Source of the DNA: Fonticula alba ATCC 38817
Taxonomy: Eukaryota > Protista > Nucleariida
DNA length: 20,259 bases
Assembly: GCA_000388065.2 (NCBI GenBank)
Contig: KB932202.1
Strand: one strand, 5' to 3'
The notes under the pieces are model-generated. The model was not told the DNA's origin, did not search any database, and saw only the letters and a program-made list of their open reading frames with translations. The translations under genes were made by a program, and so were the position numbers. Numbering within the stretch: position 1 is the first letter of the stretch; each line of letters starts with the position of its first letter. Shown here in pieces: positions 10,915 through 19,740 of this stretch.

Positions 10915-11013
10915 GCCGCCGCCGCCACCGCCACCACCACCACCACCATGGTGCGACATGCGTGAGGAGGCTCCCGCAGAGGGAGGGTGCGATTGCCGCC
11001 CCTGGCCAAACAT
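5485..11013 (-). CDS. Uncharacterised ~1389-aa Leu-rich, probably alpha-solenoid (HEAT/ARM-like) protein
   Basis: Eleven exons with GT-AG boundaries and matching phases: 11013-10243, 10143-10101, 9926-9793, 9740-9038, 8827-8553, 8409-7961, 7767-7690, 7598-7234, 7054-6226, 6117-6053, 5942-5485 (4170 nt, open to TAA). It has an N-terminal Gly30 run and a basic NLS-like KRSDRDKRSRKR. I recognise no family; the fold is inferred from amphipathic Leu-rich helices. Confidence 0.8.
7868..7906. repeat. (GGA)n microsatellite, read as an intronic (TCC)n pyrimidine tract on the minus strand
   Basis: About 13 perfect units, seen directly. Confidence 0.9.
8996..9025. repeat. Intronic (CA)n microsatellite
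   Basis: About 15 CA units just inside the intron that starts at 9037 on the minus strand. Confidence 0.9.
10858..10947 (-). repeat. (GGC/GGT)30 coding repeat giving poly-Gly
   Basis: 90 nt between the His codon at 10950-10948 and the Arg codon at 10857-10855. Confidence 0.95.
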
Positions 11014-11128
11014 GGTCAAAGAGGACGGAGAGATACCCAAGCGCGGCGAGTGACCGCTCCCGGGTCGCGCTTCAAAAGAGGTGTGGGGACTTCCGCCTGT
11101 GGGTGTCGCCGCCAAATGGTATGGGCGT

Positions 11129-11181
11129 GAGCGTGTGCGAGCGTGTGCGAGCGTGTGCGAGCGTACACGTGCCGACACGTG
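11129..11181. repeat. 10-bp-period tandem array ending in two CACGTG boxes
   Basis: GCGTGTGCGA x3 at 11131-11160, then GCGTACACGT and GCCGACACGT, which give CACGTG at 11166-11171 and 11176-11181. Confidence 0.85.
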
Positions 11182-11551
11182 GAGAGGGGTAAATCAAGGT
11201 CGCGCAGAGGGCAAAAGGAGCGTCTGCGAAGGGGTGCAAGGGTATGGAGGCAAGAGAAAAGGAGGGCCGGGTGATGTGGGCCCTCGGCCTGGGGGGCGAG
11301 GGCGGGAGTGTCAGAAAAATGAAGATGCCCCGCGTTCGGGAGGCCCTTCTCCCGCCCGGCCCAACAGCCAACTCTTGTGCGGGCTCCGGGCGGCCATTTG
11401 CACTCGGGCCGATTTTTTTGCCCCCTCCTTCGGACACCACCACAAACACACATTCAAGGCGACCTGTATTTCGGCTCGCATCCCGGTTGTGGCTGGCTAA
11501 ACCAGGGATGTTGCGCGATCGAGCTGCGACCTGCCGGCGGACCGGGCCCGC

Positions 11552-13294
11552 TCACCGGAGGCCACCACCCCCGGCGCATGCGCCCTGTTCGAGCATGGTC
11601 CGAGCTTGTGCCAGCACCACGGGGAAGGGCATGCCCCCCCTTGTGCAGGGGCCGCCAGGCTGGTTGTCTGCCGGATCCCTGCACCCGGGGCAGGGCGAGA
11701 ACCATGCCTCCGGGTCGGCGGCCTGGAGGTGGGCTTCTGCGCACGAGCGCCCGGGCGTGGCACAGGCGACTGGCGCCTCGGTGTCTGGGCGTCCGCATGA
11801 TGGGTGCCAGTTCTCGTCAGCCAACAGGCCGACATACTGTATCCGCCCTCCACAGGGAGGGTAGCATGCTCGACCATCAGCTCGGGCTTCCGCCCCCCCG
11901 GCGTAGTCCCCCCCGCGGCGGATGGAATAGTGCCCAATGTGATGAAGCAGATTGGCAAAATAAACCCCAAGTCCCCCCGCCAGGGTAAAGGCATCTCCCG
12001 GGCAGCCTGCCAGCGCGTCTCGCCGACCGCAGCCGACCGCTCGAAAGCCCGGCTCGGCTACCGGCCGGCCGGCCAGGCGCCCGGGGCCGCTGCGCGCACG
12101 ATCTGCCAGCCACTGTCCGACCACAGTGTCTACCGGCCCGACCCGCGCGGCTCGAGTGACTAGCGCGGCCAGCTCTCCAAGCTCCCCATGGCCGCATGGC
12201 AGCACCAGGCCATTCATGCCGTAACTGAGTCGCAAGGCGGCGAAAGACCGGGGCGCCGCACGAAGCGCATGCGGCAAGCCCACGCACAACGCATGCTCGG
12301 CCACCATGGGGCCAATCGAATCTCCGGGGAAGAGTCCCGCTGGATCGGCCCCCTCAGCACCAAGGCCATCGCACCAGAGGAAGTCGTCCTCCAAGAGCAG
12401 AACATGGTCAAAGTGGTGGGNNNNNNNNNNNNNNNNNNNNNNNNNNNNNNNNNNNNNNNNNNNNNNNNNNNNNNNNNNNNNNNNNNNNNNNNNNNNNNNN
12501 NNNNNNNNNNNNNNNNNNNNNNNNNNNNNNNNNNNNNNNNNNNNNNNNNNNNNNNNNNNNNNNNNNNNNNNNNNNNNNNNGGGGGGGGGGCACTTTATAT
12601 TAGACACGGGGCTGGCTCGATCCGGGCTGGGCGCCGTACCGAATGAACATACCCGCCCGCGGCACGCAGCATCGCCGCCCAGTCGACATTCAGCTGGAGC
12701 GACTGGACCGTCATGTTTCCCCAGCGGCCCGGCCATGGGTCGAGTGCCCGTGGAGAAACTCGGGCAGAATAGAGATCAAAAAAATGGGCTCGTTGGGAGA
12801 ACCGAGCTGAGGATGCCGGGGCCAGCACGCATTAGATGGGGAAGGTGGCATGCCGGTCAATGGTAACCCGTCAGCGCACCTCGCAAGTGGTCGAATTCCG
12901 CATGCCCACCTGGCCGCGCATTGAAATAGGCCAGACTCAATGAAAGGGCAGCCACTTCTCCAGGCTGCCGAAGCACGAAGCCCGGAAGGCCTCCCTCCGA
13001 TGTCGGCTCTTGGGCTTGGTCACACCGTCGCAGGGAGGCCAACGTGTGCTCCAGTACCCGGGTGAGGGTCTCGCGCCCGGCTGGGCGGGGTGCGGTGAGG
13101 GTGGCGAGGAGAATCCTTCTCGGAGCTTTGGCCGAGGCCGCCACATTCGCCGGGCAAAGCAACAGGCATATCAGGAAAAGCAGGGCCCAAGCCATTTGAC
13201 AGGTCGAGATGGTGCGCGCGGCAACAGCCTGGAGTCGGGGCGATCGGATGCGGAGCTCACCGGAAGCCAAGGGTAGCTGGCCCCTCACAAGCAT
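11552..13294 (-). CDS. GT-A fold glycosyltransferase, GT54/MGAT4 (GnT-IV)-like type II membrane protein
   Basis: Exons 13294 (or 13195)-12880, 12806-12653 and <12420-11552; the last acceptor lies in the gap. N-terminal anchor WALLFLICLLLC. Motifs TLTAPRP...LEHTLASL, QLNVDWAAMLRAA, LLLEDDF (DxD-like), RLSYGMNGLVL and LLHHIGHYS parallel MGAT4 motifs (PTVxR..YL..TL.SL, QNLDY, LEDD, LFQHxG), matched from memory. Confidence 0.8.
12421..12580. other. Assembly gap (160 N) hiding the last acceptor of the glycosyltransferase
   Basis: N run. Confidence 1.
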
Positions 13295-13940
13295 GGGACT
13301 TAGAAGGGCTGAGTGGGAGATAATTGCAGGCGAAGGCAGCACAAGACGGAGGAAGGCTACACAAGGAGGAGAAGCAGGAGGAGGAGGAGGAGGAGGAGGA
13401 TCGGGCGCATAGTGAGCGAGGGATATGCCCAACACCGGCCAAGCTGAAGAATGTCCCGAGGCGCCAGTCGTCTCATCCCAGTCAGTTGTGGGCTAACATC
13501 GGGGCGATCAGTTGCTCATGTGACAAACGTGCTCCCTGCCGCCAGCTACCAATGTTCGTGCCTTGAGAGAGAGAGATGACACAGCCTTCCCCGGGGCAGG
13601 GGGCGGGAGGGAAGGTTCCCAGGCCCCGGGCTGGCAACAACGCCCAGCGGACGCTGTTGCCCCGGATCGCAAGCCGGGCCAGGCACCCCAAATTTGGGTC
13701 GCAGCCCCCCGCCCTGGATCGCCGCCGGCCCGATCACCCTTCAGCCACTCCCCTCCTGGCATGGCACTGCTTGCCCTGTGTCCATGAGCCCCCGCCCCCT
13801 ATCAGCGCCTCCCTCCCTCGCCCCCTCCTTTGTGCACCCCATTACTCCTCCCTCTCTTTCTTTCTCCTGCGCGAATTGCTCATCTGGCCCAGCTCCCCTC
13901 CCCCTCGGCACACGAGAAAGAGACAGACGCCGTTGTCGAC

Positions 13941-14770
13941 ATGGCACCCAACAGCAACAGTGGCGGCGGCAGCGCCAGCACCAGCTCTCCGGCAGAGCCA
14001 TCCCACAATGACCCCAGCCTGGTGTGTGCCATCGTTTTCGAGGATGCCCCGGTCATCCGGGCGGCTCTACGCCACCGGGCCGCCGGTCTCCCTTGGGCGG
14101 AATTCTCACTGGCCACCGTGCGACGTACCCTGCGCGCGGAGGTCTCAGCCGAGCCTCCAGTCGCCGGGGCCGCGGACTCGGACCAACCATCGGTCTTCGA
14201 ACTGTCAGCCGACCCGCATGACCACCCGACCAACCCCCTGCCGGAGCTCTTCCACAACGGCGTGCGCATCGACTTTGCCAATGAGCCAGGCAACACCATG
14301 ATCCGTGGCTACCCGCGAGATATGGACGAGGTGTGTGCCTTTTTCGACCGCGCAGGCATTCGCGTCCAGGTGCGCTCCCGTGTGTCTGCCCCGCCATGGC
14401 ATGGCCAGGAAGGCTGACCCCATTTGCCAATGCCCCCCCCCCCCCCCCCCCAAAGCGCCTGACTCGATCGGAGCCGCCGTCCATCATGGCACGGCTCTTC
14501 TTCGTGGCCGCCCTGATTGGAGTCGTGGCGGCGGTCTGGTCATCGGGGCCACACCAGCTCAGTTCCCCGAAAGGGTGGGGGCTTCCCCTGCCGGAGGGCA
14601 TTCCCTTGTGGGGCCTCGCGGCCGGTGCGGCCGTGGCTGGCTGGCTGCTGGCCTGTACAGTGGCCCTCCTCAAGCTTGGATATTACCAGCTCCGATCGGG
14701 AGGGTCGCTGGAAGCGGTGTCCTTCGCTCCGGAGTCACGTGCGCGCCCTCACCTCGAGAGCGACCGGTGA
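13941..14770 (+). CDS. Uncharacterised 247-aa protein with two C-terminal hydrophobic segments
   Basis: Exons 13941-14369 and 14456-14770. The 86-nt intron (CAG|GTGCGC...CTGAC...C19-AAAG|) joins in phase 0. Hydrophobic segments are IMARLFFVAALIGVVAAVW and IPLWGLAAGAAVAGWLLACTVALL. Confidence 0.7.
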
Positions 14771-14946
14771 CTCTTCACGTCCTTGGGCACGTGCGAGCTA
14801 TCGCAACCACATCTTATCATTTTACAAGCCCGTTGGGAGAAGCGGCGTGTGGCTGCCCGTGGCGGAGGGTGGGGAGTCGGCGTTCTGCCGGCGCCCAGGC
14901 GGGCCGGCCTGGACGCGCGATGCGCCAACGGGGCGCACCCGAGCGC

Positions 14947-14956
14947 NNNNNNNNNN
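14947..14956. other. Assembly gap (10 N) with duplicated flanks
   Basis: N run; 14911-14945 is repeated from 14957. Confidence 1.
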
Positions 14957-15510
14957 GGACGCGCGATGCGCCAACGGGGCGCACCCGAGCGGGGGGGGGG
15001 GGGGGGGGGGGGGGGGTCGGACCAGAGATTGTCCAGCCATCTCGCGCGAGATGATCGCACACTGAAGGCGCGATATAAACGTACCCGCGTGCGACCGTGC
15101 TGCATCGGCTCCCCTGCCGATCACGTATCTGGCGCCGCTCGGGACTTGCTTTGTGTCCGCGCCCGTCGCAGCTTGGGCGACCCATCCTCCTGCTCTGCAT
15201 GTGTTCCCCCCCCCCCCCCCCCTCCCCTCCTTCGAAATAGACGACTCCCATACCCTTGAGACGAACCGCTCCTGTGCCTTTCTGTGGTGGCTTGGAGTGG
15301 GGGAGGAGGTCGGGCTGCGGGTGCGGAAGAGTGGGCGCGGGCGACGGAGGGGGTGGGGTGGGAGGTCGGGCTAGGCCTTGGTCTGGCGGTGCCGCGTTGC
15401 CCGCTCGCCCCCCCCCCCCCCATATGCGCCACCCCGACAAAAAAGGGACCGGCAGCACTGTTGGCCCACCTTGTCCGCCAACACGCCCCCCGCCCCCCCA
15501 CCCCCACCCC

Positions 15511-15520
15511 NNNNNNNNNN
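15511..15520. other. Assembly gap (10 N) with duplicated flanks
   Basis: N run; 15473-15510 is repeated from 15521. Confidence 1.
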
Positions 15521-15739
15521 GTCCGCCAACACGCCCCCCGCCCCCCCACCCCCACCCCGAACACACACACACACGCATCCTCACTCATCTCCCCTAGCTA
15601 GACTCCGATATAGTCCCCCACCCGAGCACCGCCGCCCACACCACGCAGGTGTGCATATTTGTGGTCACGCCTTTCGCGCAAGAAGACCCCTCCCTGATCA
15701 TCGCCCCCAGTTCTTTGCCTCCACTGGCCTCGCCAGACC

Positions 15740-15838
15740 ATGGAAAACTCCTCGACCGCGCCCCCGTCGCCGGAGCAGACTGGCCATGGCTTCTCTCCGG
15801 TCGGCATCACAGGGGCACATCCGCCCCACTCCAACAAG
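15740..15838 (+). CDS. Possible upstream coding exon of the bZIP gene
   Basis: gaccATGg context and 33 codons ending at an AAG|GTACCA donor that is phase-compatible with a TTTCAG| acceptor at 16512. The implied 674-nt intron is far longer than the other introns here, so this is tentative. Confidence 0.3.
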
Positions 15839-16482
15839 GTACCATATTGTCCGTCGCCCTGCCTGTTCCGCTTCCCTCCTCTCCCAGCCGCCCCACCCGG
15901 CTGCCCCTTTCGCCCCCCAACATGCGGGGCCGAATTCTCAAAAAAAAAAACACCCTCCCGCCCACTTCCAGCCCCTTCGGGCGGGGTGGGGCGAAATTTC
16001 TGATCGGGCGAACATCTGCCCAAAAATAGGCGTGAGGACGAATGGACCGGGTATGGACCTCTGGTCCGAGGGGGGGAAAGGTCATTTTCTCCACGGCCAG
16101 CCGTTTCACCTGGCCACGCAGATGTCCTCGATGGGCACATATGAAGGGGGAACGAATGAGGGGGGGAGGGGGGGGGGGGGTCGGGAGGCGGTAGACCATT
16201 GCCGAGTAGGCAATGGCACCTCTTAACAAGAGAATTCCTCCCCCTTTCACTGTGTCTTCCCCTCTTTCCTGCTTTCTCCTTCTCTCGATCGGCCCCGTCC
16301 AAATTGTGCTGTATCGAATGACCCTGTTGGGGGGATTTCTCCCCCCCCCCCCCCCCCCTCTCCCGAGAGGGGGCGAGGGAAAGGTTCCCCCACCTGGCAG
16401 CTTGCTTGCTTGGTGGCCCCGGCCGATCCCCCGACCTGTAGCCCTGTCCTCTGACAGTCGCCCTTCCACCGTGTTTCGGGGA

Positions 16483-17060
16483 ATGCCCCCGCGTGCCTTC
16501 GGCCCTTTTCAGGAGAACACACCGTCGGATTACCTCTTCAGCGACGACACCAAGCCCGAGGTTGACGCCGTGCTGGCATCGAAGCGCGCGCGGAATGCCA
16601 AGGCCGCAGCCCGGTCACGCGCCCGGCGTCGAGCCCGGCATGAGGCTCTCGAAGTGCGTGTCGAGGCGCTGACCGCCCTGAATGAGCTCCTCCAGCGTCG
16701 GGGGCACTGCCTGAACATGGCATCTGTCGCATGCGAGGAGCTTGCCAGCATTCAAGCGCAGTGTCGGCACTATCTGCCGCTTTCAGCAGCCGGAACCGCC
16801 ACCCCAAACTCGGGCGGCATGCCTTCGACCGGGGCATTCGCCAGCGGCTTGGATCGTGAGTACCCCACGGCCGGAGGTGCCCCGGTGCAGCCGGCCCCCG
16901 AGCATGCCTCCCACACCCCTGTGCCGTCGTCTGGAACGCCGTACTCGGCGTCGCATCCGGGTCCCGGTGTGGCAACCGTGGCCGGGGGGCAACATGATCA
17001 CGGCATCGGGCGCCCAGCGCCTCCGCCAGCCGGCCCACCGCCCCTACATCCCCATCACCT

Positions 17061-17091
<31 letters not shown>

Positions 17092-17568
17092 CGCAGCCAG
17101 TATCCGCAGCAGCAGCAGCAGCAGCAACAGCAGCTGCTGTTGCTGCCGCCACATTCACAACCGCAGTTCCACCATGCACCGGCCCCGGAGCATGTCTCCT
17201 TTTCCGGCGCCGGCGGCGCCTGGCAGCCAGGGCCATCACCAGGCAGCCTGGGACACATGGCAAATAACATGCATGGGGGGCTGCCGCAGTCGAATTGCGG
17301 TGCCGAGGACTTCAGGCCTCCCCACCCGGACGGTCGGTCGCACGGCCACCAACATCAGGCCTTCCACAAGGCGCCTGCCGGCGGCGGGGCTGGCTTCCCC
17401 TCGGCGTCAGAGCCTGCCGGATCACACCACCACGATCGCCTTCATTCCCACCACCACCATCATTCGACCCTGCACCATGCCCCGTCATTCGGCCCTCCGC
17501 CGCATCACCATCTGGAGGCGCCCCGCCCGCCCACACAGCATGTTGACCGTGGCCCGATGCTCAGCTGA
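16483..17568 (+). CDS. bZIP transcription factor with Pro/Gln/His-rich low-complexity C-terminus
   Basis: Basic region KRARNAKAAARSRARRRAR (N-x2-AA-x2-SR signature). Heptad leucines follow in LEVRVEA-LTALNEL-LQRRGHC-L, with an internal Asn. Gln9 and Gln8 tracts and a His-rich tail. The start is uncertain (16213, 16318, 16483 or a spliced 15740). Confidence 0.85.
17062..17133 (+). repeat. (CAG)n coding repeats giving poly-Gln
   Basis: Gln9 and Gln8 tracts in frame within the bZIP ORF. Confidence 0.9.
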
Positions 17569-18330
17569 GGACGGCCAACCGGATGTGCCCAGGCGCGCCT
17601 TGCCCTGGGCAGACCTCCTGGGGTTCGAGCAAAGGCGAATGTTCGATGCCGGCCTCCCCGCCCCCCCCGCACTCCACCCCACCCCCAATAGAAACATAGA
17701 TTCGCCCATATTGCCACATTCGGACCATGATCGCCAGGGCGCAACCCTTGCGCATGCCGTTGCCCAGCAAGGGGCGTGGGGCAGGAGCATGGCCTCGGGC
17801 TTAATGCCCCGAAGGGGGGGCGAGCGGGCGAGGACCAAAAGAGGGGTGCCCCAGGCAGTGGGCCCCAGTAGAAGTGTCTCCCTTCATCCTCGTGCGGCTG
17901 TGGCTCGGGGAGTGAATGAGGAGGCCCTCTGTTTGACAACGAGTCCTCAGACAGGCCCATCGAGAAGCGGCCGCTGTGGGCATGATTGGTCTGGAGGAAG
18001 AGGAGCGAGCACCAGCCTCCACCCAAGGCACAATCACCCCTGAGGGAGGGGGGGGGGAACACAAACATGTCGACGAGGGAAGAAGGGAACGGGGTATGTA
18101 TTTACCTGGGGGCATGGGTGGTGCGAAAGTACGCACGCGCGCAGGCGCGCGCAGCAACACATACACACACACATGCACACAGGTGCTCTGCTCGCAAGAC
18201 AAAATTGAACAGTGCATCTATGGGAAGTGGGGGTGGGGGAGGGGGGGGAGACAAGGCGAAACGACTCAAGGACAAGGAGGGGGGGGGGAGGAGCGTGCGC
18301 GCAAAGGATGGCGCATGCAGGGTGATGCCA

Positions 18331-19497
18331 TCACACTCGAAATGGACCAGCCACCACGAGGGGGAGAGAGGCATGAAGCAGGAGCGAAATAGCTCCCTTG
18401 CCACCAGGGCTATGAAAGAGAGAAAGAGAGGGGGAGAGAGGGGGGGGGGGCATGAGGAAGCGCCAGGCAAGGCCCCTTACTGGACAACCTGCGGGAGGTC
18501 GACAGGAGCGCGGGCGCTGGACGCCGGGGAAGCGGCGCCAGCACTGGGCTTGATCGAGGCCAGCAGCTGGGAAACAACCGCCCCGAGGGGGAGCAGGCGC
18601 GAGGGGGTGGGACCGTGGAGGAGGGTGTTGCCCGAGTGGATAGACCCGCCGATGGCCAGAGACCCGTCGTGAGAGAGGAGCGTGGCGTTCTTGAGCTCGG
18701 CGGCCACTTCGCGATCGATGGCCTCGCGGGTGGCCGAGGCGGCGGAGAACTCCGCGAGGTTGAAGAGCTCCATGGCCGACATGGAAGAGGGGAGGAGGTA
18801 CTCATCGACCGAGATGGACAGCAGGTACGACAGCGGGACCAGCCACACACAGACCGAGTAGAAGGACACCACGTGCGAGGCGGACAGGATGTCGCGGAAG
18901 GGGCCGCTGAAGAGCTCCAGCCACGAGAGGAAGTTGGCCAGGGACAGTGCCACCGACACCAGGAACTTGGGGGAAGTCAACTTGACCGAGGGGTACTCCG
19001 GCAGGAGGAGGGCCGAGTAGGCCACAAGGCACCCGAGAGAGAAGAGGGTCCGCGAGAGGGGGAAGCCGTCGTAATACCACAGGAGAGCATGCAGTAGCCC
19101 GACGAGCTGTGCACACACGCACACACCGCGGCCAGGGCGAGGAGAGGAGGGGGGATGGTGAAAGAGGTGAGTGGCAGAAAGAGGGGGCAGAGGGCGAGGG
19201 AGGAAGAAGAAGGAGAGGGGCCAGGGCAAAGGCAGGAATGCTGGGCATGGCATGAAGTACGCACAACCGTCAGGGCACCCATGATGTGCTTCGAGAGGCT
19301 GGCGTGCTCCTCGACAAGCTGCGAAAGGTAGTAGAAACTGCCGGCTGTGGAGAGTGACAGGGAAGTAGGGTGTCAGTGGGCGGGCGAGAGACAGAGGAGG
19401 AAGGCGCGGGCAGATGGTTGGACATACCAAGGCAGATGGTAGAAAGGGCAAAACCGGTGCCAGAGGCAATCAAGACAAGGACGTCCGCGACAAGCAT
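18331..19497 (-). CDS. TEX261: TEX261/Svp26 (Erv26-domain) ER-Golgi cargo adaptor
   Basis: Exons 19497-19428, 19344-19265 and 19106-18481, plus probably 18409-18331; unspliced, the stop is at 18477. Family motifs: ICLAGSFYYLSQLVEEH, YDGFPLSRTL, YPSVKLTSPKF and CVWLVPLSYLLSISVDEYLLP. Confidence 0.92.
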
Positions 19498-19615
19498 GTT
19501 GGAGACCGACAGAGAGATAGAGAGAAAAGGCGGCAAGGGGGGGAGAGAGAGTCTGGGAAGAGTGGGCGGCGAGTGCTGGCGAGAGTCATGGCACCTGAGT
19601 CGGCAGTCGGGGACC

Positions 19616-19623
19616 TTTATATA
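19616..19623 (-). promoter_or_regulatory. Candidate TATA box of TEX261
   Basis: TATATAAA on the minus strand ~120 nt upstream of the ATG at 19497, in otherwise GC-rich DNA. Confidence 0.5.
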
Positions 19624-19720
19624 GCATGACAACGAGAGGTGGAGAGTAGTCCGGGCGACTGGGATCTAACGGGCGCATCACCCTCCTGACAGATTTCGCG
19701 GGAGGCGCTCCGGGGGGGGG

Positions 19721-19740
19721 NNNNNNNNNNNNNNNNNNNN
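19721..19740. other. Assembly gap (20 N) between G9 and C10 runs
   Basis: N run. Confidence 1.

Noticed and set aside
3906-13294. Dioxygenase plus GlcNAc-transferase as a Skp1-type hydroxylation/glycosylation oxygen-sensing pair
   Set aside because: That pathway uses a prolyl 4-hydroxylase and a cytosolic GT60. Here the oxygenase is IPNS-like and the GT is a lumenal GT54-like enzyme.
14911-14991. 35-bp direct repeat around 10 N
   Set aside because: Duplicated contig ends across a minimal gap are a typical scaffolding artefact, not a target-site duplication or CRISPR repeat.
15020-15070. ATGATC...CTGA as a C/D box snoRNA
   Set aside because: Box C is imperfect, the spacing is only ~6 nt and there is no terminal stem.
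15473-15558. 38-bp direct repeat around 10 N
   Set aside because: Same overlap artefact as at 14911.
15672-15679. TTTCGCGC (and TTTCGCGG at 19694) as E2F/SCB sites
   Set aside because: About one or two such 8-mers are expected by chance in 20 kb of this composition.
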